A DNA stretch of 59,146 nucleotides, the filler included, from Piptocephalis cylindrospora (lineage: Eukaryota): assembly GCA_003614145.1 (NCBI GenBank). It is 8 parts of 8 records of this genome, joined end to end, with 100 filler letters (N's around TTAATTAATTAA, not from the genome) between each part and the next. Parts side by side here need not be neighbours in the genome. Positions count along the whole stretch, not along the records: positions 29,723 to 37,029 come from KZ988214.1; positions 37,130 to 44,415 come from KZ988215.1; positions 44,516 to 51,782 come from KZ988216.1; 5 more parts are not named here. One strand, written 5' to 3'. Each line of letters starts with the position of its first letter. Position 1 is the stretch's first letter. Below are positions 34,027 through 46,725 of this stretch, in pieces. The position numbers were made by a program, and so were the translations under genes. The notes beneath the pieces are model-generated. The model worked only from the letters and a program-made list of their open reading frames with translations. It made no database searches and was not told the origin of the DNA.

Positions 34027-36110
34027 TCAAGGGATTACCTTGTTCACGGCATCAAGAAGCGCTTGGTCAGTCTCATAATGGGAAGAGTTATCGACCAAGT
34101 TCTTCAACTTGGGAAAGTAGTTGGTGAAAAATGTAGCCTGAGCCTCATACCTACCCAGCTTCTCCCCTTGGATCCAATGGTTACGGGCGGCCAAGGAAAT
34201 GAAGCTCACAATACTCTCTAATGAAACCTGGAGGAATATAAGATCATCCTCGGTCATCTCAGAGCTCTTGAGTAGATAACGCACGGCGGATACCATGGAG
34301 CTTTGAAGGGCAAAGAATGGAAGTGCGATAGGCGCAATGGACTCCTTGGCCAAGTCAAGAAGATCATTAGAGAGGGCTTTCTCGTGAGGTGACCCCTCGT
34401 GAGATGACTTCTTGCGAGTCGACGGAAGGACGTACGAGGCCGCTACTAGTGCCACAGCATCTCCAAATCTGTGATATTCCAAAGGTCTGTGGTCTGTATG
34501 ATCGATATCACGAGCAAGCAAGCCACTTAGGTATTCCTTATGTGTCACGGTGTTGAAGACCTTGAGGGAATTGGCCGTCTCCTTTAGAGCAGTGCGTTGG
34601 ATTAGAGTGAAGTTTCCTCGAGCACCAAGCATCTTATGGACCACTTCATCCGCAGTGGCATGATACCCAGAGTTCATCTCTTGCACGAAAAGATGGACCA
34701 AAAGGGTCATAGCAGCGGAGAGGGGGGCTGCAACATTGCTCATCATGTTCGGTAACGCCTTGACTGGATTATTCAGCTTTATCGCCCCAGTTGAATAAGT
34801 TTTCAGGCAATCCAGCCCTTTCGACTTGATATCCTCGATTAATTTGGAAACGTGTTTCTTCCAAATGGCCTTTGGACCTCCGCTGATTGTGTCTCTAGGT
34901 GCATGGTCGATGATGAGGTTCATCAGCGCATTGTATTCCGTAACGATAGTCTTCTATTTCTGCGTGCTGTATTGTTCGGGCGAGGGAGTCAAAGCCTTGA
35001 AGATATCCTAGTGCGTCTCGTACGCTTTCTCCCAATACGGATCCTTTAGGACAAGCCTCCTTTCTGAAGGTTTCATTGTTTTTAAAAATAAGCGTTGCCA
35101 GGTCCGGGTATGCTTTTGAAAGAATAAGGTCGGGAATATCATTTGGATTTTTACATATTTCATGATATCCCTACGATAGATGATCTCTTTTTCACCCTGT
35201 AAGTGTCTACTACTAAGCAACCCACGAAACATCCAGCCCTTCTAGAGAATTTCATCTTGAAATGTGACATGAAAATCAGCGATATCGGTGGCAAGCCCCA
35301 AACGATCATCCAAATTGGTGTAGACCTTGTGATGATATTCACATAGCTTCTGGAGGATGACGGTAAAAGATCCTACCCCGCCGTAAACAGTGAAGAAGTT
35401 TTCGTGGTATGCTATATCATTGCTCACTTTCTTGCAATTCCTGCGATCGTTAGGAATTTGGTGTTTAACGAGCTTAGACCAGAGATCTGATATTTCCCCG
35501 CCGTCGGCCACCTCTTCCGTTATTTTTCTCAACGTTTCCAAGAGTAGCATACTGACTTCCTCCTGGGTGATTTTTTTTGTTGAGCCGAACATGTTCTTTT
35601 CAAGACGTTGAAAATGGTGCCTATTCCAAGATAGTAAGCTAGGGCGGCTCGTCCCGGGAGCTGAGTCGGTCGTGGGGGGAGGGGGGCTTCCCCGATAGGA
35701 GAGTCGATCCGAATAGAATATTTGGCTATCTCCAGATTGGTAACTCGAAAGGGAATCTACAGATCCAGCAGGGGATGAGGACCTAAGAGATTAGGATCCG
35801 GCATGGGATGAGGCCCAAGAGAGTAAGATCCTAGAGATCCTATGGAGTCACGACGGTCTGAGGATCTATGATGACGGCTGGATCGGACGGAGCCCTCAGA
35901 ATGAGGTAGATAGTAGTATTCAGTGCCTTGAAGTGTGGACTCCGAGTCTGAACCACGGGAAAAGTGATCACTAAAACCTGAGAAAGAGGCAGTGTAAGCG
36001 TTATGATCAGTCGGCGAATTGTAGTGGTTGGATGGCGCAGGGCTAGGCAACGCCAGGAGTGGCTGGGCCATGGCCGTAAGAAGTAAAGCATGTAGATAAA
36101 TATTCGTCAT
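34027..36110 (-). pseudogene. Pseudogene of a ~690-codon secreted protein (1 frameshift, 1 TAA, 3 TAG)
   Basis: ORFs 35242-35592, 35008-35232 and 34027-34923 share one frame broken only by single TAGs (about 35242, 35008, 34954). Signal-peptide ORF 35757-36110 joins through a 1-bp deletion near 35814 and a TAA near 35791. Confidence 0.8.
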
Positions 36111-37129
36111 AATCGCGAGATGAGAGAAACGTCAAGGGCAGTAGCCAAGTGGTAAGAATACGTGCTCGTAAAGGCTGTGGAAATTGGGGGGGGAGTAGGA
36201 GAGAGGGAAGGGAATATTGAATTGGCCTGAGGAACCTTCTATCACGAAATCTATCTATACTTTTGCTACCCTTGATCATGGATGATAACGAGAATGGCGA
36301 TGACAAGACCCGCGGTAAATCCATCGAAGCTCCTCCGTTGTATCCTTGGGGATTCTTGGCCACTATACCAGCCCTATGGCGAGATGAAATGTGTCAGATC
36401 AATGAGAAGAGTCAGCGCGAAAACACGGTCGCCGAAACCCATAAACCCTTAAGGGCCCCATCCCACATTATATACTACCATGCCTAGAGGCGAGTGAATC
36501 AAGGGTAAGTAGAAGAGTCCGCCATTTACCAGCCATAAGGAAGTCGAGAATTTCCCGCAATGTCGCAACCCCATATATGAGCGGAGTTTGATCTCTGGCA
36601 GGTAGAAAAGCGGAGTAGTGTTTTAAGATCAATGATCGTACAGTTGTACAGTCTAGTAACATCTTTCATTAGCCCGACTCTTATCCTTAATAATAGAACT
36701 GTCTGAACACGGCTTGTTGTCTGGCAAATTTCCTCCCTTTCTGATGCTTAGGAGCATCCTTGAGACCAATACATGGGGAAGATTGAGTGAGCGTCATAGG
36801 TTTAGGAGTAGAGTGTATAGAGGTTTAATCTATGCCCTTAAGCAGAACTGGCATGATGACATAAGCTAGGATGTGGGAGACCAAGCAGCAACGGAGCTAG
36901 CGCCCGAGTCCCTTCAATTCTAATCAGGTTTGGGTCCGGCCGGCTCATCAACTTGCTCTAGCTAGGGAATGTGACTTTTTGGAATAGCAGTTAGGGCAAC
37001 ATGAAACAAGTGGGAATATTAGTTGAGTGNNNNNNNNNNNNNNNNNNNNNNNNNNNNNNNNNNNNNNNNNNNNTTAATTAATTAANNNNNNNNNNNNNNN
37101 NNNNNNNNNNNNNNNNNNNNNNNNNNNNN

Positions 37130-37307
37130 CCACACCTTTCGTTTCAGATCCTCGGTTACCTCAATCCATGGCACACCCACCACCCCCTTCCGAAGAGCCT
37201 CCGGGGGATGTTTTTTCGTGGGGGGAAAATCCTCCTTTGGGGGGGGGGGGAGGCAAGCGTTGACGTAGCTCGCCTTCCTCTGGTTGGCGAGAGGTGCTTG
37301 TGGACAT
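37130..37307 (-). CDS. Possible 5' fragment of a gene running off the contig, frameshifted in a C12 run
   Basis: MSTSTSRQPEEGELRQRLPPPP, then in a shifted frame PKEDFPPTKKHPPEALRKGVVGVPWIEVTEDLKRKVW; pyrimidine-rich leader upstream like other genes here. Confidence 0.35.
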
Positions 37308-38066
37308 TGGCTAAGTAAGGGGAGATGAGTGGATGATGGGGATGGTGAGGAGGGGGAGGGGATAAGAAGGAAGAAAAGAGAGGGGGGGAGGGGGTGTGAG
37401 GAACGGGTGTGAGGATGTCGGAGATGTGAGAAGAGGCTTTAGGACAAAGGTAAAAGTGAAAGGTGAAGGGGGTGAAAGGGACAGGTGCACGCCAAGCACA
37501 TGCTGAGCATTTTGGTGTGCACGATAACAGCAGCAGCAGTAGCCAAATGTGCGAGGGCAAAGTGCGCAGCAGCCAGTACAAGCGCGTGCAGTGCTTAGAT
37601 TCGTTCATGGAGAGGAAGCCGAGCAGAGGGAAGGGCGTGGAGGCCAACTGTGTGTGAAAATGGCCATGAATGTGAAAAACAGCCATGAATGTGCAAGTGA
37701 GGAGCTCGGCAGCATGCCAAGACTTTCATAGAACGACCAATCTACATCTACATCTATGAGTGAATGGGTCGGTATAATAGTATGGAAAGAAGAAGAGATG
37801 TTCTGAAAATGACAGATCTTGAAGCGGAGAAGAAAAGAGTGAATCAGGAAGCCCGGTGCAATGAGAAGAGGTGCAAGTGATCTGGAGCTATTTATAGCGA
37901 TGAGACGAGCACGAAACATGGACGCGTCTGTGTGTTGACTCTTGGACGAATGGGAAATGAGACGCGCGTCAAGCAAATCAAGATCAGCCATCCTCTTTGC
38001 CCAAATTGACTGTGCACGTCCTTTTATTTCATCTCTTTCACGTTTCGACCCATCCATCCACATGTC

Positions 38067-39772
38067 TTATAGAATCACGCATCCTGGAGAAGGAACTGGT
38101 GGAGGAGGCTTGGAGGATTTGGCCTCGGATGCCTCCAACTGTTGAAGCAAGGCCTTGGCATGCACAGACCATACATCCTGTTTTCCGGGGGAAAGGACCT
38201 GGGAGAAGCATTCTCGGGCTTTTTCAAGGTCCTTTGGGACCCCTCGACCCTCCATATGCATTTTCCCGAGATTGAGCTTGGAGGTAAAAAGAATGAGAAT
38301 CAAGCCTCCATGCCCCCCATTTCACGACAGATCCTGTTCTTACCAATGCAATGGGAAAGCCTTGAGAGGCCGACATGGACCAGTAAGCATGAGCACGATC
38401 CAGATCTACCGCACGAACCCCTTGACCCGTCAGGTAGCATTGGCCCAGGTTGAATTGAGCCTCCGGTAAGCCTTGATCAGGTAGGAGGAAAGTAAGCGTG
38501 GGGGAGAGAGTGCAGCAGGACATCACATGGACTCACCTTGCTTGGCGGCTTCTTCATAGTAATGAACAGCCTTGGCCTTGTTCACCTTTTTCCCGTCGGT
38601 CCCATTGAACAAGGCATTGCCCAGAAGGAATTGAGATGGGCCATGGCCTACGGAGAGCGGAATGAGCCCCATCCCCCTCTCCCTCTCCCTCCCCGTCCCA
38701 CCCGCTTCACCTACCCATATCAGCTGCCAAGGTAAAGTATTGAATGCTCTTTTCCTCATTTTTCTCAACGCCCATTCCCTTTTTATACATCCGAGCTGTT
38801 GAGGAAATCAGATCATTAGTCAGCAGCCTCTCCTTCATTTACGCCGCTTCCTCATTTACCGAGCTCAGCGTAGGAAGCACCAAAGCCCCCTCGACCGGAA
38901 AGCTCCAAAAGCTCGACGGCCGACTTGAGCTCCCTATTCTCCTGGATCAGATAGGTAGCCAGATTGGCCTGGGCTGCCGGGTGACCTTTACGAGACAAGG
39001 ATCTTAGCGAGGCTTCCCCTTCCTTGGTATTCTTGGGTACTCCAGGAGCACCAGTGAGAAGAAGCGTGGCTAGACTGACTGATGCGGCATCATCCTTTGC
39101 TCGATGGGCAACCCCATAGAGCTGCTGAGCCACAGGAGCGTGGGTGTCTATCCAGCAGAAGAGGATAGTGTTAGCGGGTCATTGAGAACGGATCAAGACT
39201 CATCTTACCTCGGTAGAGCTGAAGAATCATATTGGCCACCAAGCGTATCTCATGCACTCTAGCATTACAAGCTAGGGATGAACGGGGGATGAATGCAGCC
39301 CCCCTACCAGCCCATCCTCTCCACACAGCCCCCCTACCTGTAAGGACGTTTTGATCAAAAGCCTGGGTCTGACCAGACCCTAATTCCAGACAATGGGTCA
39401 CCATGGCATGAATCCCTTTGACGGGAGTCTTGAGCTGAAATTGCTTTCGAAAGGACTCGATCACCGGGTCCGATGGGAGTATGGCCTTTGACGTCAGGGC
39501 TGGACGTTGGGTCACAGGGCTGGTTGAGCTACGTGGAATTGGGATGGGTAAGTGCGTGATGGGATGGACTCCTGTCGATCCAACAAAAAGGAAAAAGGGA
39601 CGAACAAGTACTGGAGGAGTCTTTCTTGAGGGGGGCAAGACCCTGGCCGCGTCCGACTCTTCCCTAGTCCCATCCCCCCATCCGACCGAGCGACCAGATA
39701 CTGTGGGGAAGATAGACGGGTCGTCACACCCTGTAGTCCAGCACGGCCGTAACGCGTTATCCTTGAGGACAT
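38067..39772 (-). CDS. Sel1-like repeat protein, probably mitochondrial (Mss2-like), multi-exon
   Basis: Repeats AQANLATYL, SQFLLGNALFNG, EAQFNLGQCYLTGQGV, LNLGKMHMEGRGVPKD; Arg-rich N-terminus lacking acidic residues. Confidence 0.75.
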
Positions 39773-40473
39773 GATAAGGCTAAGGGCGATGAGGTATGGC
39801 AGGGAAAGGAAAGAGGGCCAGGAGGAAATGGGATACAGGATCGATGTCAAGGTCTCAGTCTACGATCCATTAGCTGGAATGTGGCATTCTCTACCCTCAC
39901 TGCATCTTCAATGCTGGCAGGTGATAGCGGTATCAACAATGACACCGCCCAAGTAGGCCCTCATCGTCAGATATAATTTCAATAATCAGCATCACAGACC
40001 AAGTGCGTCAATATGCTCCTTGATCAAATCCCACCTCAGGCATGTGAAGCGCATATCATCCTCCCCCTGGACCCTATCCTCCAACTCCTTCCAGTATGCG
40101 CGCTAGGTCAGGGACCGACACAATCCCTGTTTGACCCATTTCTCCTTGTAAGGCATAGTAGGAGAATCTTGAACAGCACCCCTGTCAAACGCGGCCTTTA
40201 GAATGGGGGCATCTTCCTCCAGTGAGGAGAGAGCCTCATTCTCACAATCACGTCTTATCCCTTCCTCCTCTTCCATCATACGGATATCAACGAACCGTCC
40301 ATGTGTGGGCTGGCTAGGGGAAAGTCAGTACTCCAAATGATACCTACCGTATGGCTTTTTTTCATCTCCGTATTCCTCCCTCTCTCAGCTCCCGCATCCG
40401 CCTCTCCCGCTCTTGCTTCCCTACACCCCTCCCCAGCCCTCTTCGTCCCTCTCGCCATCTCACTCATTCCGCA

Positions 40474-41505
40474 ATGTCCAAGCTTCTCGGATTCGGCAAC
40501 CCCCTTTTGGATATCATCGCCAAGGTCGACGATGAATTCCTGACCAAGTATGGTCTGGATGCCAACTCAGCCATCCTGGCTGAGGAGAAGCACCTCCCGC
40601 TGTACCAGGAGCTCAAGGACAAGTACACTCTGAGCTACCTGGGTGGTGGCGCGTGCCAGAACAGTATGCGTGGGGCTGCTCGTCTCCTTCCCCCCGGCAG
40701 CGTGTCGTACATTGGATGTGTATCGGATGACCTGGACGCCAAGCGGCTGAAGGAGGAGTCGGCCAAGGACCAGCTGAACGTCGAATACCTTGTCGAGCCC
40801 TCCCTCCCCACCGGGAGGTGCGCCACCCTCATCACCGGTCAGAACCGGTCCCTGGTCACTGACCTGCAGGCCGCCAACAAGTACCGCGTTGACCACACTC
40901 AATCCCCGGCCGTTTGGAGTGGGATTGTGGAGAAGGCCGATTTCTTCTACATCGAGGGATTCTTCCTCACCGTCTCCCCCGAGACCATCCTGACCGTGGC
41001 CAAGCACGCCGCTGCCACCAACAAGGTCTTTTGCATGAACCTGTCCGCCCCCTTCCTCTGTCAATTCTTCCAGGAGCCCATGGATGCTTCCGCCCCCTAC
41101 TGGGACATCCTCTTTGGAAATGAGACCGAGGCTGAGGCCTACGCCAAGGCCCATGATCTCCCCTTTACGTCTGAGCAGATCCCAGCCATTGCTGAGCACA
41201 TTGCCAACTCGGTCCCCAAGGTCAACACGGCCAGGCCCCGTGTCGTTGTCATCACCCAAGGCTCCCATAGCACCGTGGTGGCCCAGGCCGGTCAAGCCGC
41301 CCAGATCCACCCCGTGCCCCCCGTCCCCAAGTCCGAGATCGAGGACACCAACGGGGCCGGTGATGCCTTTGTCGGTGGCTTCCTCGGTGCCTACGTTCAG
41401 GGCGCCTCCCTCGACAAGGCCGTCGATGCTGGCCACAAGCTCGCTGGTCAGGTCATCCGCCAGGTCGGAGCTTACTATCCTCCTGGCGTCGAGAAGCTGA
41501 TCTAA
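40474..41505 (+). CDS. ADO1: Adenosine kinase (PfkB family), intronless
   Basis: LLGFGNPLLDI, GGACQNSMR, PTGRCA, NRSLVT, MNLSAPF, FGNETEA, DTNGAGDAFVGGF. Confidence 0.95.
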   Translation: MSKLLGFGNPLLDIIAKVDDEFLTKYGLDANSAILAEEKHLPLYQELKDKYTLSYLGGGACQNSMRGAARLLPPGSVSYIGCVSDDLDAKRLKEESAKDQLNVEYLVEPSLPTGRCATLITGQNRSLVTDLQAANKYRVDHTQSPAVWSGIVEKADFFYIEGFFLTVSPETILTVAKHAAATNKVFCMNLSAPFLCQFFQEPMDASAPYWDILFGNETEAEAYAKAHDLPFTSEQIPAIAEHIANSVPKVNTARPRVVVITQGSHSTVVAQAGQAAQIHPVPPVPKSEIEDTNGAGDAFVGGFLGAYVQGASLDKAVDAGHKLAGQVIRQVGAYYPPGVEKLI

Positions 41506-41852
41506 AAGAGGACAATGAGACTGAGGAAAAGAGGAGGGATGGAAGGGTGATTAGGTCCTAAAGCTTCTTTTTATACACTGAACAAGACATACGTTCTTTT
41601 GATGAGAAGGATGGTCCTTGCTGTTATTATTAGTGTTTGGATCCTCGGATCATGCTATCTTTTTGACTGTGCAAGACGGCGGATCAACCACAAAGAAAAA
41701 GAAATGTCGAAAATCCACCCGTCGGATTATCAGACAAAGTGAGTGAGGTACATCACTACATAGAGAACGCCCGAACCGTGTCTTTGGGTCTTTGCACATC
41801 CCCCTTCTCCCTCTCCTCCCTCCTTTGCCCCCACCCTCATCCTCTCCCCGGC

Positions 41853-42773
41853 ATGTTCACTTTACGCGCGCTGACACGTCCAGCGGGTCCTGCACATCGG
41901 GTAAGCTCTTCTTACCCTGTGGATACGGGGCCACCTACTCATCCCACCTCCTATCCTGACCCCGAGTAGACCCTGACCCGGACCCTGACAGCTCCCTTGT
42001 CCACCACACCCGTATTGGTACGCGTCCTTTCTCGCTCTCTGATCCCTTCTATCGCCCCCTCATCCTCATTCTTCCTTCTTCAATTCCTGGTTTTATAGCT
42101 GAAAGGAAAGAAAAAGTACAAGAGCCCATACAACAAGGATGACATTGGTCCGGATCCCTCCAAGCCCCTGCCATCCCCCTTCTCCCCAGGGCTAAGCCTG
42201 ATGCAGAGGGCTGCCCTGGTCCTCGCCCCGATGCTTGGATACGATAGACCCACGGCCGTAGCCATCCGTCTCTCCCGGGCACTGTACCGGGCCTGTGCGG
42301 TGCCGGCAGACAAGAATCGGGCATTTTACCTGCAGACCTGCGGTCTCCCAGACAACTTCCAAACCTGGTTTGCTGTGACACAGCTGCATGTGTGGATGCT
42401 CATGGTGCGATTGCGCCTGGAGCCCGATGGTCGACGCATCACACAGGAGGTGGTCAACCGCTTTTTCGAGGATGCCGAGGAAAAGATCCGGGAGGCCGGG
42501 GTGACCTCCGAGAGTGTTGTTCAACGAGAGCTACGTGATAAGGTGACCTCCTTCCACGGAGGGGTCCTTGCGTATGATGAGGGCATGTGCAAAAATGACG
42601 CTGTCCTGGCCGGTGCCCTCTGGCGAAACATGTACACCGATGCCTCCTACAACGAGGGTCTTGCCTACATGACTCGTCATGTCCGGGAGCAGTTACACCG
42701 ACTTCAACGCTGTCCCGAGCAACGGGTTCGTGAGGGCAGTGTCTCCTTTACCCCCCCTCAAGCCATTCTCTAA
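41853..42773 (+). CDS. CBP3: Ubiquinol-cytochrome c reductase chaperone Cbp3/UQCC1, with 5' introns
   Basis: GLPDNFQTWFAVTQLHVWMLMVRLR, AYDEG, DAVLAGALWRN; mitochondrial-targeting-like N-terminus MFTLRALTR. Confidence 0.9.
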
Positions 42774-42965
42774 GCGATGGGAGGAGAGGAGAGGAGAGGA
42801 GAGGGGGTGGAGTCATTGAAATACATTGCCGTGGTTTATGATACAGGACTGATGGAAACGACAACAGAGTACATCACACACAAAGACAGTTTGGATGGAT
42901 GTGAATTGGAAGAATACATGATGCATAAAGTTCGATATCTCCCCCTCGCTCAAGAATGATAAGGC

Positions 42966-43622
42966 TCAAGGCCGTTGAGCAGAGAGGGGACGAAAGGCAG
43001 TGGAGGAGGATGCATCCCCGATGTCCACGGGTCGACGATCGGACTCGCCCAGTGGGAGCATCTCGTAGGCCACCCCACTCTTCTTTCGCTTGTCCCTACC
43101 CTTTCCCCCACGCTGCTCCCCTTCCCCTCCATCTCCCTCCCCTGGCTCGCTCCCGTCGATAGGGTCGGACCTAGCTCCCCCCAGGAGGATGGGTTCCAGA
43201 TCCCAGCGCATACAGAGCCACTCCCCAGCAATGGTCATGATGGCGCAGGAGACAATGTTGAGAACCCACCAAAACATGCTTGAGGGCACATGGTGGGTGT
43301 GGAGGGTGGAGAGGACTAGGTGGAGGAGATGAAGGGTGGCGGAAAAGTCTAGACACAGTCGAACCCTCCCGACAATCCGGACGAGAAGAAGGGAGCCAAA
43401 TCCCGAGGAAAGAAGCCAGCACAGGGAAAGAGACCAGCCGAGGACAGTGTCCCCCCGGAATTCGGTAGGGTCCAGGATATGATCCAGGGAGATGTCTGCA
43501 TTGGTGTATGCTTCTGCACACAGGACCGCCACCGAGTTGAAAGTATAAAAGGCAGCCTGCAGACAGACAATCTGGGAGAGGAGGAGAATGGGGTCTTTTT
43601 GGGCTTGACGGAAAGAGGACAT
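42966..43622 (-). CDS. SYS1: Golgi integral membrane protein Sys1
   Basis: MSSFR...DPILLLSQIVCLQAAFY, RVRLCLDFSATLHLLHL, PSSMFWW, GEWLCMRWDLEPI. Confidence 0.92.
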   Translation of the reverse strand: MSSFRQAQKDPILLLSQIVCLQAAFYTFNSVAVLCAEAYTNADISLDHILDPTEFRGDTVLGWSLSLCWLLSSGFGSLLLVRIVGRVRLCLDFSATLHLLHLVLSTLHTHHVPSSMFWWVLNIVSCAIMTIAGEWLCMRWDLEPILLGGARSDPIDGSEPGEGDGGEGEQRGGKGRDKRKKSGVAYEMLPLGESDRRPVDIGDASSSTAFRPLSAQRP

Positions 43623-43683
43623 GATGGGTGATGGGATGATGGACAAGGGGATGGGATGAGAGAAAGAGAGGAGGAGGATAGGG

Positions 43684-44415
43684 ATGAATCGGACCCTGAG
43701 GCTTTTTATAGCGGAGACTCAGGGCTGGCAGATGTTTGTGTGGTGGAGTCCATGTCTGTGCTTTCCTCCCCTTCCTCTCTTCTCCCCTCCTTTTTCCACC
43801 ATCCTGTTCTCCAGCAAAGCTCTAATTGGCATGCCCGCCACCAACTTAGAAAAGCCCACGTTAGCCTGGTTCGCCGAGTGGCTGCCACATCTGGGGATGG
43901 TGGATCTGAGGTGTAAATGGGCTCTGGATGACAAGGAGGATCCCAAGATCCACTTGGTGCTACAAGCCAACCAACAGACAGGTCAGATTAGACTGGACAA
44001 GGATCCGGATAACCCAATTACCCTCTCCCTACCGGTCCCAGCGGTGGAGTCATGTACAGTTGCACCCGCAAGCACGGGCAGTTTTCGGTACAAAACAGCC
44101 AAACAAACCCATTCTGGTCTTGTGGAAGAGCCCAAAGTCCCCTTCTCCGCCAGGGATCTGGCCTCATTAAACGGGATCCAGTGTAAATACTGCACTCGAC
44201 TTGTCACTGACCCTACGACCCAATGGCAGCGGATCCGCGATCTGCCCAGCGAGGGCTGGGAGGAGCTGGTGGGAGCCTGGGCCTGTCATGACGAGGTGTA
44301 TGCCAAGGAGGCCAGAGCTCAGGGCATCCTGGCCAAGTCGGGCATGTGCTTTGTCGGGCAAGGCCATATTCAACTTTGTGTGGACGATGTGGATATTCAG
44401 GGATTGCAGGTAAGC
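43684..44415 (+). CDS. IPA1: Ipa1/UBE3D (HECT_2) family protein, 3' truncated
   Basis: CKYC...IRDLPSEGWEELVGAWACH signature; ends at a GTAAGC donor at the contig edge. Confidence 0.75.
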
Positions 44416-46725
44416 NNNNNNNNNNNNNNNNNNNNNNNNNNNNNNNNNNNNNNNNNNNNTTAATTAATTAANNNNNNNNNNNNNNNNNNNNNNNNNNNNN
44501 NNNNNNNNNNNNNNNGTCAGACAAAAGCCTAATGAGTAAAAAGACACACAGGATGGGGAAGGAGAAAGAGGGCGGGGAGGATAGAAGCGGAAAGGGGAAG
44601 ATGTCCTTTATAGGAAAAGTCTGGGGAGGCTCCACACCAAACAGTATGAGGGAAGATAGTCCGTGATGATATGACTGCTAGAACAATCATCCTGTTACTT
44701 CATGCTAATGGAACACAAGCTTCATGAAGGATGGGTTGTATTGGCCTATAGGATAAACGGAATGCACTCTCTTAGCATGTAGGCAAATCACCTAGGGAAT
44801 GTACCGTGTAGTACAGGATATACAGACCTGCGGGGATACATTGGCCTATGGGCGAGGGGAGGAAGGGATAAGGATAGCCGGAGAATATCCAGGTCATCGA
44901 GGCCACACTGGCCTTGAGGCGAGGGAAGAAAGGATCGACAAGAGAGATGTCCGGTGCGGTTCCCAGAGGTAAGGATCTTTTCGGTGACAGGCGCAGATAT
45001 CTCGGGGTAACCACCGGTGGGAAGGTATGAGATGGAGATGATCCTAGACCTTCCAGGAGAGGAGAGCAGCAGAAGTGACATGGCCATCCTCTAGACGCAC
45101 GGACCTGTGAGTGGCTGTGAGGGAAGGGGAGGGAAGGGGAGGTATCTGGGGCCTTTCATCTATCTGTAAGCCTTTCCACCCCCCCATCCAATCCAGGAAC
45201 AGACCTTCCTTGCCATCGTACTGACCCCTTGACCTTGAGAGGACAAAGATGGCCTGGTGAGGCAAGAGCTCCTCCTCCCCTCCCTTCTCCATGCCCCATC
45301 CATGGGGTAATGCATCTCGGGAGCGGATCGAAGAGGGGTAGAGTGTATGCGCAACCTGTCTAACCTTGCTTCACAGGACCTGTCCTGCTCAGTCCCCCTT
45401 CATCCTCACCAGGGAATCGGGTAGTGCATCTTACCGCTCTCGCCGACATTACTGCTATAGTGTATGAGGAGGATGGGAGGACACCGACGCATCGTGTGGT
45501 TGGACTCTAAGATATGTCATACTGCTACATCCAGACACATCTCCGAATCTCCCTCTCTTTCCCACACATCATTCCAATCTGGTCTAGTATATTGCACCAA
45601 ATATACTCTGCTGAGAGGATGGATTGGAGGCTTCCCTTTCCCCCTGGTGGGAAATTCAGGGAAGATGGAGGGCAATTCAGGGTCTATTACAGGTGGGCTG
45701 TCCTCCCCTCCCTGATGGTGCAAGGATCCCCATGTCTATGAGGATAGTGGCTACGACGACCAGATGAAGCGATGGGGCATGCAAGGTCCCAACACCGTCC
45801 CTTCATCCCAGCATGTATTCTTACAAAAAAAGAATCAAAACCCCATGACCATGCACTTCATCTGCGAGCTGTGCTCGGGGAACGATTGGCGGGTGGTCAT
45901 GCAAGGCTCATCTGATGTTAAGATGGGGTCTGGTCTAGGGCGTTGATGGGTAAGGATCCAACGAGTACAGCTTCCCTAGTAGGATAAATTAGAATGACGT
46001 GAGCTACATCGGCCCTTCATCTAGTATCGTCGTTGGACATGCCCGCTACGCATAGACGGAGGCCTCACTGGGATATTGGGATATTCTTCCCCCTTGGTCA
46101 CCCGCCCATCGCTGATCTTTGCCTAGGGAGAGGAACCTCCGATTGGTATTGGGGGATCAAAGTGATATACAAGGTCACATGACAATGAAACTCATATAGA
46201 AAAACATTTGCGTATCTTTTTGCATCTTTCATTCAATTGATGGGGAGAGAGGGAAACTGGCGCTAGGCTATGTCGACGATGATGGGGAAGATCGGTCTTG
46301 GATGGGCCAAGAGATCTACAACACCGCCTTCCCATCTACCCTCTCCTATCCCAGTAGACAGATTGAGACGGCTGTAGAGGAACAAAAGGGCATTTCTTGT
46401 CGTGTGATGGATTGCTGGCTTCGCTCAGAGAGAGCCAAAGAGGATAGTGGCTTGGTGGGCCATTCCCCAGCATTCACATTGGAAGGGCAAGGCCATAGCT
46501 TGTCCGATACATAATGAGTGTCTACGTCTATTAGGAGCAATAGTTGCTTCAAAGCACTCTCCGCTCCTATCTATCCCAAAAACGGGGCTAAATCAGAGCA
46601 AGGAATAAAGTAATGAGGAAAAATGGATAAACGGATCATTACTGCCGACGCATTATACACTTGGAGGTGTAGGCATCCCTCTCATCACCTCATCCCCTCC
46701 GTTCTAAGAAGAAGGGAATAAGACC

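Noticed and set aside
34027..36110. TAG/TAA-to-sense genetic code reassignment
   Set aside because: Conserved genes in the window end normally at TAA or TAG (ADO1, CBP3, NSRP1, TMEM170), and this locus also has a frameshift.
40567..41436. 289-aa antisense ORF over adenosine kinase (similar shadows at 30055-30753 and 54888-55565)
   Set aside because: Shadow frames expected from codon bias and repeats in the real gene.
44516..46600. Short minus-strand ORFs that may be exons or a decayed gene
   Set aside because: No recognisable motif or consistent exon chain.
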